NCBI GenBank assembly: GCA_002753335.1 | Contig: PEAD01000009.1 | Span: 1-64,000, forward strand | Reading direction: 5' to 3' | Source of the DNA: Nitrospirae bacterium MYbin3 | GTDB lineage: Bacteria > Nitrospirota > Thermodesulfovibrionia > Thermodesulfovibrionales > Dissulfurispiraceae | DNA length: 64,000 bases | Shown: piece by piece, positions 40,124-50,216 of the stretch | Numbering within the stretch: position 1 is the stretch's first letter | Layout of the letters: the number at the start of each line of letters is the position of its first letter | Made by a program: the position numbers and the translations under genes | Notes under the pieces: model-generated | Told to the model about the DNA's origin: nothing | Databases searched by the model: none | The model's input: only the letters and a program-made list of their open reading frames with translations

Positions 40124-42388
40124 TTATTTGTCAAGCATCCGGCGTATCTTTGTCATAAGCATTTTCATTTCGAGCGGCTTGGGTATGAATTCAAGATCTT
40201 CGGCATATACGCCCTTTGAAGTAAGAATATTCTGTGTGTAGCCGCTCATGAATATTACTTTTACATCCGGGCATTCTTTCTTGATAGCATTATAGACTTC
40301 TTTGCCGTTTTTGCGAGGCATGACAACATCCAAAAGTATAAGGTCAATAGAGTCTTTATTCTGGTTATATTTTACGATCGCATCTTCACCATCTTTTGCG
40401 AGAATAATGTTATAGCCGAACTTCTCTATGGAATCCTTTAAAAAACTTCTTACAGCCCCTTCATCTTCAGCTATCAGTAAAGTTTCTGTGCCTGATAAAT
40501 CCATATCTTCAGAGTGTGTCTGTTCTTCATTAAATTGTCTAACCTCGGCACCTTCCATGGCAGGAAAATAGATTTTAAAGGTAGTGCCCACGCCCATATC
40601 GCTCTCTATGTCCAAGACTCCATTATGCTGTTTGACTATCCCATAAACCATCGCCAGACCAAGTCCGGTGCCCTTCCCCTTTCCCTTGGTTGTAAAGAAC
40701 GGTTCAAAAACCCGGCTCATCTGTTTTTTATCTATGCCCGTCCCCGTGTCGCTTACGGTGAGAAGCATATACTTTCCGGGAGTGGTGGAATACCTTTCTG
40801 CAAAATCCTGATCCACCAGAACAGAAGATGTTGATACAGTGAGAACTCCGCCTTCATTCATGGCATCTCTGGCGTTGGTAACAAGATTGATCAAAATCTG
40901 CTCTACCTGATGGAGGTCTCCGAATATCGGCAGTTCATTTTGTCCCAAACTGATATTAAGCTCGATATCTTCACTTACCAGACTCCTGATAATCTCCGAA
41001 ATGTCGGTAATTATAGCATTAAGCGCTATCTGACGCGGTTTAATAATCTGTTTGCGGCTGAATGCCAGCAACCCGGCAGTAAAGCTCTGCGCCCTGTCTG
41101 CAGCATCTATGACCTGTTGAAGGTATTTTTTTATGTTTGGCGGGCTGTCCTCAAGCGACTGCTGAAGCATCGAAGAATAGCCGGTTATAGCGGTCAGCAA
41201 ATTATTAAAATCATGCGCCACTCCGCCGGCAAGCATCCCGAGGGACTCCATCTTTTGTGACTGAACAAGCTTCTCTTCAAGCTCCTTCCTCTCGGTGATA
41301 TCTTTTACTATGTGTATAGTGCCGATAATGCGGCCGTCGCCGGCGAGAATAGGCGTTGTGGTTTCTTCAAGAAACTTCTGGCTATCTGAGCTCTCAAAAG
41401 GCCCTAAATGCTCGGACTGCTTTGTAAACAGTGATTTCATATGAGGACAGCCGTCGATTTGACTATCGGTTTTATGAAATATCTCATAGCATTTTTTGCC
41501 CATAATTTCTTCAAGCGGCATTTCAAAAAGTTTTGCGGTCGAAAGGTTAGCTTTAATTATGGTTTGGTCAGGGTCAAGAATCACAATCGAATCTTCGATA
41601 GAATCAAAAGTGTTCTGCCATTCCTTGAGGGTATTTTCGAGCTGCAGATAACTCGTTTTCAGGCTGCTGCTCATAATATTGAAGTGTTTCGCAAGCTCGC
41701 CGAACTCAGTGCTGTCCTGATATGAAATAGTGTGGCCAAAATCCCCAGAAGCGATAACTCGCGTAGCTGTTAAAAGTTCGTTCATAGGTTGGGTTACAGA
41801 CTTTACAAGCCGTATCGCTACGCTGACAGCAAGAATAAGCGCCGCAAGCAAAGTGGCCGCAAGTATTATCCTGGCATTTTTTATCTTATTTAGCGCTTCA
41901 CCGGTTGTTGCATTCAGTCTTTTGCCTGCCGTAAGCGACATCTCTTCGCTTTTCACCAAGAGCTTGTTGCCTATTGCGGCTGCATCAAATTTCAGTTTTT
42001 CTATGCGCTGGGCATCTGCAGTGGCGGTTACGTAATAGCTCAGCGCATTTTCGTATTTTTCGGTATATTTCTGCAGCTCAACAAGGCGCTCCGTTACTTC
42101 CGGGCTATGGTGACAGCCTGTGCATCCGGTCACTGCATCGGTAAGCTTTATTACGCTGCTTACGATCGAATCCAGTTCCTTAGCCTGAGGCGTGGCAACT
42201 GTGTAGAGGTCTGTCTGTACACTCTGGATGCTTATAACCAGATCCTGCCGAAGATGCTCTATTTGATACAGTTCAATCAGCCTGCTCAACGATGCTGTGG
42301 TGTTGGAGATATACACCATAGCAAGCAGGCTGCCGGCGGTAAAAAGCGCAAATAAAGCAAATAGCGCTATATAGATTTTTCTTTTCAT
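40124..42388 (-). CDS. Hybrid sensor histidine kinase (periplasmic CXXCH, HAMP, PAS, HisKA, HATPase, REC)
   Basis: CTGCH between TMs; AHDFNN, NARDA, FFTTK..GTGLG; receiver LLDVVMP. Confidence 0.93.
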   Translation of the reverse strand: MKRKIYIALFALFALFTAGSLLAMVYISNTTASLSRLIELYQIEHLRQDLVISIQSVQTDLYTVATPQAKELDSIVSSVIKLTDAVTGCTGCHHSPEVTERLVELQKYTEKYENALSYYVTATADAQRIEKLKFDAAAIGNKLLVKSEEMSLTAGKRLNATTGEALNKIKNARIILAATLLAALILAVSVAIRLVKSVTQPMNELLTATRVIASGDFGHTISYQDSTEFGELAKHFNIMSSSLKTSYLQLENTLKEWQNTFDSIEDSIVILDPDQTIIKANLSTAKLFEMPLEEIMGKKCYEIFHKTDSQIDGCPHMKSLFTKQSEHLGPFESSDSQKFLEETTTPILAGDGRIIGTIHIVKDITERKELEEKLVQSQKMESLGMLAGGVAHDFNNLLTAITGYSSMLQQSLEDSPPNIKKYLQQVIDAADRAQSFTAGLLAFSRKQIIKPRQIALNAIITDISEIIRSLVSEDIELNISLGQNELPIFGDLHQVEQILINLVTNARDAMNEGGVLTVSTSSVLVDQDFAERYSTTPGKYMLLTVSDTGTGIDKKQMSRVFEPFFTTKGKGKGTGLGLAMVYGIVKQHNGVLDIESDMGVGTTFKIYFPAMEGAEVRQFNEEQTHSEDMDLSGTETLLIAEDEGAVRSFLKDSIEKFGYNIILAKDGEDAIVKYNQNKDSIDLILLDVVMPRKNGKEVYNAIKKECPDVKVIFMSGYTQNILTSKGVYAEDLEFIPKPLEMKMLMTKIRRMLDK

Positions 42389-43254
42389 TTATTTACGAAT
42401 TTATAGTTTGCGATGTCTATACCCGCTTTCTTTGCAAAATCGAATACAGCAGCGTAATCTTCCTTGCTTGTGGTAATAAATTTAATAGCCTCAAACTTCT
42501 TTAACACCTGTATACCTTCCGCATCGCTAGACATATTTATCAACGCGTCCTTTATCTTCTTCTTTGTATCAGCATCGATATTCTTTCTTAAACCAAGTCC
42601 GTTTGACGGCACATGCGGCGATGTAGCCAGAATCTTCAGCTCTTTTTGTATTGCCGGATTCTTCTTTGCAACCCTGTCAAACATAGAATGTTTGGCACAT
42701 CCTATATCAGCCTTTTTTTCTAGCACCGCATTTATCGCAGCATCATGGCTGCCGGCAAAATAGAGTTCTTTAAAATATCCTTCGATGTTATCTACTCCCT
42801 GATCCTTAAAGTAAGCTATTGGGTATATATAGCCGGCAGTTGTGGCTTTGTCAACAAAGACAATTTTCTTGCTTTTCATATCCTTAACATTGGCAATACC
42901 GCTGTCGTTCCTTACAAAAATATAACCATAGTAAGTCGAACTACCATCAAGATTTACCGGTCTTGCGATAAAATCCACACCCAGTTTTTTAATCGCAAGA
43001 GCTCCAGTAAAACTTCCAAAAAAAGCGCCGTCCATTTTTTCGGAAACAAAACGGTCGATAATATTACCGTACCTGGACAAAACCGTAAATTTTATTTTTA
43101 TACCGGTTTTTTTAGTAATATATTCCCCAAGAGGCTTATAGCGCTCCCTCTGCTTAAAGACATTCTGTTCAGGAATAAGTCCTATCGTAAGTTCTGATGC
43201 GTAGGTTTGGACCTCAAATACCAAAATAAAAAACAGCGCGAACAAAATTTTCAT
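42385..43254 (-). CDS. PhnD/PtxB-like periplasmic phosphonate/phosphite-binding protein
   Basis: Signal peptide; GLIPEQ, TTAGYIYP, GSHDAA motifs. Confidence 0.85.
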   Translation of the reverse strand: MKILFALFFILVFEVQTYASELTIGLIPEQNVFKQRERYKPLGEYITKKTGIKIKFTVLSRYGNIIDRFVSEKMDGAFFGSFTGALAIKKLGVDFIARPVNLDGSSTYYGYIFVRNDSGIANVKDMKSKKIVFVDKATTAGYIYPIAYFKDQGVDNIEGYFKELYFAGSHDAAINAVLEKKADIGCAKHSMFDRVAKKNPAIQKELKILATSPHVPSNGLGLRKNIDADTKKKIKDALINMSSDAEGIQVLKKFEAIKFITTSKEDYAAVFDFAKKAGIDIANYKFVNK

Positions 43255-43354
43255 AACATGCTCCTCCCCAAAGCATTATTTAAAGACTAATTATATATCA
43301 TATTCTTTCCAAAGGAAAACATCTCATTCAAAAAACTATGTTATAATTAGCCTA

Positions 43355-45073
43355 ATGGACTACTCGATAAAAATAGGCGGAGAAGCAGGACAGGGGATAC
43401 AGACGATCGGCGACACGCTGTCGCTAGTATTTTCAAGGTCCGGATACAATGTATTCACACATCAGGATTACGAATCGCGCATAAGAGGCGGACACAATTT
43501 TTATCAGGTCAGGGTGTCGGGGAATCCTGTTATGGCTCCGAAAGAAGCGATTGACATACTCGTAGCCCTTGATGCAAAAAGCATCGAACTCGATACAGCC
43601 GGCCTTACCGATATAGGACAGGTTATTTATGACTCCTCCGCTTTGAAGCAGAAACATGAGGGGGCAAAGTTTCTTGACATACCGTTCACAGCCCTTGCAC
43701 TTGAACACGGCGGCAGCAAAATAATGGCAAACACGGTTGCCACAGGCGCTGTTCTGGGAATGCTAGGAATTGGACTGGATATTCTCCTCGGCATAATCAA
43801 AGACACCTTTAAAAAGAAGGGCGAAGAGATTATAAAGGCAAACTCCAGCGCTGCCATGGCCGGACACGATTACGCTGTCAAGCAGTGCATTAAATGCTCT
43901 TTTTCTGCGGCTGTCGAGGGAAAACCGAAAATGCTTATCGCCGGCAACGATGCGATAGGCTTGGGAGCGGTGGCTTCGGGCTGCAAGTTTTACTCTGCAT
44001 ATCCTATGACACCGGCAACAAGCATAATGCTTTATGTTGCTAGCAAGGCTAAAGAATACGGAATCATAGTTGAGCAGGCAGAGGATGAGATCGCCGCCAT
44101 CAACATGGCTTTAGGCGCATCATTTGCGGGTGTCCGCGCAATGACCGGAAGTTCGGGTGGAGGATTCGCGCTTATGGTTGAAGGTTTGTCCCTTGCGGCT
44201 ATTACAGAAACCCCTGTTGTCATAGCGCTTGCCCAAAGGCCGGGGCCTGCAACAGGGCTTCCAACAAAAACAGGACAGGCTGACCTTAACTTTGCCCTTT
44301 ATACTTCGCACGGTGAATTCCCGAGAGTCATTTTTGCTCCGGGTACGCCTGAGCAGGCTTTCTTTCTTACAAACAAGGCATTTGAACTTGCCGAGAAATA
44401 TCAGATCCCGGTGCTTATACTCACAGACCAGTATCTTGCGGATTCGCAATGGACCTTTGATGGCTTTGATTTAACAAAACTCAAATACAATGATTACAGG
44501 CTGCGCGGAGAAGCATTCAGCAGTCTTGCGGAATATAAAAGACATGCCTTTACCGAATCGGGCGTGACTCCTATGGCTGTTCCGGGAGATGCAAAACATG
44601 TTGTTGTCACAGACAGCGACGAGCATGACGAAGCGGGGCATCTTACCGAAGACATAGACCTGACGCTGAAAATGATGGATAAGAGGCTCTTCAAAAAAAT
44701 GCCTCAGATAACCGCAGAGATTGAACCTCCAAATCTTTATGGAAATGCAGACCCCGAGATTATTCTTGTTGGATGGGGTTCAACATACGGCGTGATAAAG
44801 GAAACGGTTGATGCTTTTGCAAAAAACAAGAAAATCGCAATGCTTCATTTCAGCGAAATATATCCTCTGCCTTCAACTAAAAAGCTCAACTATCTTGGTA
44901 TGCTTAAGAAGGCACAAAAGACAATATGCATAGAACTCAATGCCACAAGCCAGTTTGCAAAGCTGCTCAGAACAGAATCGGGCTATACATTTAACAGGCT
45001 CGTAAACAAGTACGACGGAAGGCCGTTTACGGTTGAAGAACTTACAGGAGAGATAAATGCCCTCATTGGATGA
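43355..45073 (+). CDS. 2-oxoacid:ferredoxin oxidoreductase alpha subunit (gamma-alpha fusion)
   Basis: GGEAGQG, SRIRGGHN, AYPMTPA, QAEDEIAA, RPGPATGLPT. Confidence 0.93.
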   Translation: MDYSIKIGGEAGQGIQTIGDTLSLVFSRSGYNVFTHQDYESRIRGGHNFYQVRVSGNPVMAPKEAIDILVALDAKSIELDTAGLTDIGQVIYDSSALKQKHEGAKFLDIPFTALALEHGGSKIMANTVATGAVLGMLGIGLDILLGIIKDTFKKKGEEIIKANSSAAMAGHDYAVKQCIKCSFSAAVEGKPKMLIAGNDAIGLGAVASGCKFYSAYPMTPATSIMLYVASKAKEYGIIVEQAEDEIAAINMALGASFAGVRAMTGSSGGGFALMVEGLSLAAITETPVVIALAQRPGPATGLPTKTGQADLNFALYTSHGEFPRVIFAPGTPEQAFFLTNKAFELAEKYQIPVLILTDQYLADSQWTFDGFDLTKLKYNDYRLRGEAFSSLAEYKRHAFTESGVTPMAVPGDAKHVVVTDSDEHDEAGHLTEDIDLTLKMMDKRLFKKMPQITAEIEPPNLYGNADPEIILVGWGSTYGVIKETVDAFAKNKKIAMLHFSEIYPLPSTKKLNYLGMLKKAQKTICIELNATSQFAKLLRTESGYTFNRLVNKYDGRPFTVEELTGEINALIG

Positions 45074-45908
45074 TTTCGGCGGACTTACCCCAACATGGTG
45101 TCCGGGCTGCGGCAACTTCAGCATCCTGAAAACATTTAAAGAGACCGCTGTTGAACTCGGGCTTGAGCCGCACCAGTTTACTATTGTGTCAGGAATAGGA
45201 CAAGCTGCAAAATTCCCTCACTACCTCAAATGCAACACCTTCAATGGTCTGCATGGCCGTTCCCTGCCTGCCGCAACAGGAATAAGGCTTGCCAACCACT
45301 CAATGATTGTTATTGATGTGGCCGGAGACGGAGACTGCTACGGCGAGGGTGGCAATCACCTGATGCACACTATAAGGCGCAACGTAAACATAAAACTTTT
45401 TGTGCATGACAACCAAATCTACGGGCTCACAAAAGGTCAGGCTTCACCTACCAGCATGGAAGGCACAGTTACTAAGAACCAGCCTTTCGGAGTTATATCC
45501 GAACAGTTCAATCCTATGGCCTTTGCTGTGGGGCTTGATTGCAGTTTTGTGGCGCGCGGCTTTGCAGGTGATCAGGAGCATTTAAAGATGCTGATCAAAG
45601 AGGCTGTGAACCATAAGGGATTCACCCTTGTTGATATTCTCCAGCCCTGTGTTTCGTTCAACAAGGTGAACACGTATGAATGGTACAGGCAGAGGGTTTA
45701 CAAGCTCGGCCCGGACTACAACCCAGAAAACCGTGTAGCCGCATTCGAAAAAGCGCTCGAATGGGGAGACAAAATTCCTATCGGGATTATCTATCGCAGC
45801 AACCGTCATGACTTTGAAGAAAGAATGCCGGTAATAAAAGACGAGCCGCTCGTTCGCCAGCCCTTCGATATTTCAAAAGTAGAAAAGACCTTAAAAGAGT
45901 TTTATTAA
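45057..45908 (+). CDS. 2-oxoacid:ferredoxin oxidoreductase beta subunit
   Basis: WCPGCG, GDGD..N TPP motif, YGLTKGQASPT. Confidence 0.93.
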   Translation: MPSLDDFGGLTPTWCPGCGNFSILKTFKETAVELGLEPHQFTIVSGIGQAAKFPHYLKCNTFNGLHGRSLPAATGIRLANHSMIVIDVAGDGDCYGEGGNHLMHTIRRNVNIKLFVHDNQIYGLTKGQASPTSMEGTVTKNQPFGVISEQFNPMAFAVGLDCSFVARGFAGDQEHLKMLIKEAVNHKGFTLVDILQPCVSFNKVNTYEWYRQRVYKLGPDYNPENRVAAFEKALEWGDKIPIGIIYRSNRHDFEERMPVIKDEPLVRQPFDISKVEKTLKEFY

Positions 45909-45926
45909 AAACTTTACAATTTTAAA

Positions 45927-47368
45927 CCCAGATTTGTCATTAGAGATGTGAAGGGAAATGTGCAGGCAGGTCAAAAGACATAGACTTGCCCCATGATCCC
46001 TCAAACCATTGCCGTCTTTTCATAGCCATACAGAGCTTCAAAATGCGTTTGTTTCCCTCTTTGATTACGTATCCGCCATTTGCAAAAATCTTGTACCGCA
46101 TTGTTTTCAGCGTTGGCTGTACTTTTCCGCATACAACCACCTGCCTGAATAAGCTCATGAGATTATAGGCAAGCATGACACAATTCATGGCAGCCTCAGT
46201 AGCGCTGAAACCGTTCACATTGAAGCTGTCTGCGCCGAAATCATATTTCAGTTCCTTGATACGATTCTCAGCATCGGCCCTCATCCGGTAAAGCTTCCAC
46301 ACTAAATGTGCAGGAAGTTCAAGGCTTGTCACAAAACAGCCATATCTGTAATTGCTGATTTCAACATCTTCGGCAAATAGCTTCAGCATTTTCCCTGTTG
46401 CCTTAGGCCTTCTTTCAATCCTTTGCCTTACCATCACCATTCTACGTTTCTTATCCCAGCCATAGGACTCAAAGTTAACTGATGCCACCTCTATGCGTCT
46501 TCAACTTCAAACCACTCCCCATGCCGTGCAAGCATTCGCTGTATTGGCGCATGAAGCCTTGCAGCTATTATATAGGGTATTGGCCGCTCTTGCTTTTCAA
46601 GATACTCAAGTATTGATGTCTGGCAAAAACCACTGTCCGCCCTTAGTAGTCCTATCGTCTTTCCTGCAAGGTTGTTTAGCGTGTCTTGTAGAAACCCCTC
46701 AAAGTTATTTGCTGTGTGTGCATCTCCGGAGCGTAGCCAGAAGTTTGCCACCATTTTACAATCAGCCACAAATGCAAGCAAAGGATGATGTGAGTTTCTT
46801 CCTGGCTTGTGAGGATTGTACCCGCGCCGTGCTCCTTCCTGCTGGCCGTATCTGCTGATTACCGTTGAATCCAAATCCAGTGTGAAGTTGTCAAAATGCA
46901 ACTGCTCAAAAAACCAGTTGTATATTCCATGAAATACCGTTGAAAGGCTTTGTGCCCTGCCATTGTCTTGCAATCAAATATCTTACGTATCACCTCATCA
47001 TGTCGGGTGACTTCCATATGCTCAAATCTGTTAGCACCACACCACACGCTTACTAAAAATTGCTCTATAAGTTGCTCCGGGGGATACCCTCGATTGGAGC
47101 CCTGCTTAGGCAAATCCACTTCCCCTAATGCCTCACGAAATCCTATCTTTTGCAGCATGCGGCTCATAAGGGCCATGCCTCCCCATGGGGTTATCTCTTT
47201 GTCGCTGAAGCTCAGTTGAAGGTCTTTTGCCATGTATGATTTCCTTACACGTATTTTGACTTCATTTGCGTTAGACGCTTCACAATATCTTATAGCCTTT
47301 TCAATATGTTATCAATCACAACCCCTAATGGCGGTCATTAGAAATTATCCACTAACGACTTTTCTGGG
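45927..47368 (-). mobile_element. IS1380-family insertion sequence, 1442 bp, with imperfect TIRs and 5-bp TSD
   Basis: Ends CCCAGATTTGTCATTAG and (revcomp) CCCAGAAAAGTCGTTAG; TTAAA duplicated at 45922-45926 and 47369-47373; DDE transposase inside. Confidence 0.88.
45940..47233 (-). pseudogene. IS1380-family transposase broken by two frameshifts
   Basis: Three consecutive fragments: ITPWGG..., TLDLDST..GYNP..HHPL..RADSGF, and YRMRADAENRIKELK; breaks near 46930 and 46495. Confidence 0.88.
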
Positions 47369-47786
47369 TTAAAATTACCCTAGCAACAATAAGTTCCTTA
47401 TATCGTTAAAACAGGTTGGAGCTCCCCCCCCGAATCAGTAGACATTTTGAGATGTTCTAACTTGTGTTCCATTGCCCATAAAGCTCACAGAAATCGCTAT
47501 CGGTGAGGTTGCCAGTGGCTATCAATATTTCTTTTAGAAATTTCTATTATCTGGAAAATATCAGCGCTGGTCTTTTACTCGTTAAGATTTGCAGCCAAAA
47601 TTATCCTTTAGAAATTATTGGTAGAAAAATTGATTGATGAGCAGCGGAAAGGATAGGGTTCAGGTTCTTGCTCCTTGGATGCGAATGCCTTCTACAAACC
47701 TTCATTGAGGGCCCATCTTCAATTCTGAGAATTATCGAAGGAAAGTGAGATAACTCTGAAGTTGAGCGAGTTAGCACTGTAGAATT

Positions 47787-50078
47787 TTAATTTATCTTAG
47801 CTACCGGCATTTTCAACCGACTATTAGCCGCATCGGAGAAAGGAAACAGAACTGGAGTCTGGTCTCTATTAAGATCGAGCGAGGCCTTATCAGAAACATT
47901 TGTTTTTACATAGTCATAAAGTTCGCCAAGTTCAATAATGCCGTTTCCATCTTTATCGGCCTCCCCTCTCATGCCCCTTAAAAGATAGTATGTGAACAGG
48001 CCGTGCTTGACACTTTCATAATCAGAGCTAATCTGGCTTCCGGTTGAGGCTGCGATTACGTTTAGCTTTCCATTTTCAAGCGCATGATTTTCTATGGACA
48101 GTATCAATGGTCTCGAGCCCACCTTGGTTACACTTCTGCTTCCAGCGCCTGAAAAACAACTATCGAGCATTACAACCACATTTTTAGCAGGAAGTTTGTT
48201 AAGCGACTCGTACATTCTTTTTAATGGATACAGTTTAGACGGGAAATCAGGATGTCCTTCGTAGGGGACTATGTATGCTTCTTTACTCTCTGCATCAGGT
48301 GTGCCATGACCTGCATAATATATGAAAACAGTAGAATCTTTGCTGATTCGCCTTGGGAGCCAGTCTTCTATATAGGCTTCAAGATCGCTTTTTGTAACAG
48401 ATGTATCTGTTAATAATTTAATGTTATCTCTAGGAATACCGCCCACATTTTCGAGATATTTTGCTACAACTTCGGCGTCCCTGCTTGCATACTTGACAGC
48501 AGGAATGACTTCCTCACGATATTTACTGATTCCGATTACTAGGGCGAATGACTCTTTCCTGATAAAGTTCTTTGTCTTCAATGGAATGTCATCTACATTA
48601 ACCTCTGAAATTATCTCAACAGATTCCTTTATCTCTTTAGGTCGCATTGCGACTTTTAATATTTTTACATCTGAAGACAGATTCTCCGCAGTATCTTTTA
48701 GTTCTATTCTCAGCATTGCTGACTCTGATGGAATTCGGGCGGGCAAGACCGTTTTAAATTCAGCTGTCTTCTTTTCACCAGGTTTGATGTCTCCTACAAA
48801 TTTTTTTTCGCCGAGGTACTCGATAAGTTTTTTATTGCCTGACAAGACAACCTGAAGATCTTTTGCTGAACCTTCTCCTTTATTCTCAATAACCACTCTT
48901 AGAGAAACCTCTTCACCACCATCAAGAACACGGTTATTATTCTGGTCTTTTAATTGTGTTGAAAATACAAGACGTGGGATCTCTGATATAACTTCAACTG
49001 TCTCCTTAGTTTCGGCTCGTCTTGTAGCAATCTTTAGTGTTTTGATATCAGGAAGAGAGAATCCTTGGGCCTCTTTTATTTCAACTTTTATGTCTATCTC
49101 ACCTGAAGGTGTCTGTGGAGGCAAAACAGCTTTATATTCAGCCGTCTTTTTCTCTCCGGGTTTTATATCTCCAATAGACTTTCTTTCACCAAAATAACCA
49201 ACAAGCATTGGGTTTCCAGACAGTATAATCTGAACGTCCTTAGCCGCTCCTTCGCCTTTATTTTCAACCTCTACTCTCAGAGCAGCCACTTCTCCGCCTT
49301 CAAGTATCCGGTTGCCGGATGCTTCGGTGAAAACAATATTTGCAGAGAGAGACGGCTGCAGAAGCTTAGGAGATTCAACTGCAGTTTGAGCAGTTTCAAT
49401 TTTCTGCGGCTCATTGATAATTTTAGAATCCACAGCTGCCAATTGTTTATCCTTAATACTCCCTTCACTTAATTTGACAAGTTGGTATCCGCTGCCGCCT
49501 CCAAAACCGGTGCCAACTACTTTGATAGAATAATGGGCACCCAGCACCTTATTGTCTAAATCTATGTAATCTATAAGCCATTCTGTAGGACTCCCCCATG
49601 GTGCAATTAACATTGTCCCAAATGCCGAATAATTCACCCTAATCTCTGTCAATGACTTTATAGACAAAATCCCGTCGGTCGTAGAAGTATAAAGAGGAAC
49701 TGCAAGCCAAGTCTGTTTATCCCATACCTTGAATTTAATCTCCATATTTTCACGGTCGATATAGAGTATATCTGTAAACCTTACAGAAGTCCTGGTCGCC
49801 ATGCCTGGTAACGGTCCACCCTGAACAAAATACCCGATGCCCTTATTCTCAAAGGTTCTTTTTTCAGGACTGGACTTAAATAATTCATTATCCTTATCTT
49901 CAGAACCTTTTAGGAGATTAAATATTTTGACCAGCAGTTCTTCCTTTGAATCAGCATCCGTCAGATATCTGCATCGTTGATTTTCGCAAAGCGTAAGATG
50001 CTCTACCTTCACATTTTCAAGAGAAGCGCAGCCGGAAAGAAATGCAAACATCAATAATAAGATGAGGACTTTCGTCAT
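47787..50078 (-). CDS. Caspase-family (C14) lipoprotein with duplicated CARDB/Ig-like domains
   Basis: Lipobox LSGC; two ~127-aa repeats (NR.L.GGE...ENKGEG.AKD...GDIKPGEKKTAE); YYAGHG and LDSCFSG dyad. Confidence 0.88.
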   Translation of the reverse strand: MTKVLILLLMFAFLSGCASLENVKVEHLTLCENQRCRYLTDADSKEELLVKIFNLLKGSEDKDNELFKSSPEKRTFENKGIGYFVQGGPLPGMATRTSVRFTDILYIDRENMEIKFKVWDKQTWLAVPLYTSTTDGILSIKSLTEIRVNYSAFGTMLIAPWGSPTEWLIDYIDLDNKVLGAHYSIKVVGTGFGGGSGYQLVKLSEGSIKDKQLAAVDSKIINEPQKIETAQTAVESPKLLQPSLSANIVFTEASGNRILEGGEVAALRVEVENKGEGAAKDVQIILSGNPMLVGYFGERKSIGDIKPGEKKTAEYKAVLPPQTPSGEIDIKVEIKEAQGFSLPDIKTLKIATRRAETKETVEVISEIPRLVFSTQLKDQNNNRVLDGGEEVSLRVVIENKGEGSAKDLQVVLSGNKKLIEYLGEKKFVGDIKPGEKKTAEFKTVLPARIPSESAMLRIELKDTAENLSSDVKILKVAMRPKEIKESVEIISEVNVDDIPLKTKNFIRKESFALVIGISKYREEVIPAVKYASRDAEVVAKYLENVGGIPRDNIKLLTDTSVTKSDLEAYIEDWLPRRISKDSTVFIYYAGHGTPDAESKEAYIVPYEGHPDFPSKLYPLKRMYESLNKLPAKNVVVMLDSCFSGAGSRSVTKVGSRPLILSIENHALENGKLNVIAASTGSQISSDYESVKHGLFTYYLLRGMRGEADKDGNGIIELGELYDYVKTNVSDKASLDLNRDQTPVLFPFSDAANSRLKMPVAKIN

Positions 50079-50216
50079 TTTATTAAGTATACCTATCTAA
50101 ATATTTTTCATCCACCTTGATTTTTTCTGCAGATGAAAAATATTTTATTGTTAATTCCCAGTAAAAATCCTGACTCTTAGGCAGAATAACAAAAATGAAT
50201 AGTTCAGGAAGCAACC

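Noticed and set aside
42385..43254. Phosphonate ABC transporter operon
   Set aside because: No phnC or phnE adjacent; the gene is coupled to a kinase instead
47640..47680. tRNA-like fragment (GGGTTCAGGTTC) as an integration site
   Set aside because: No cloverleaf, proper T-arm or CCA end could be built
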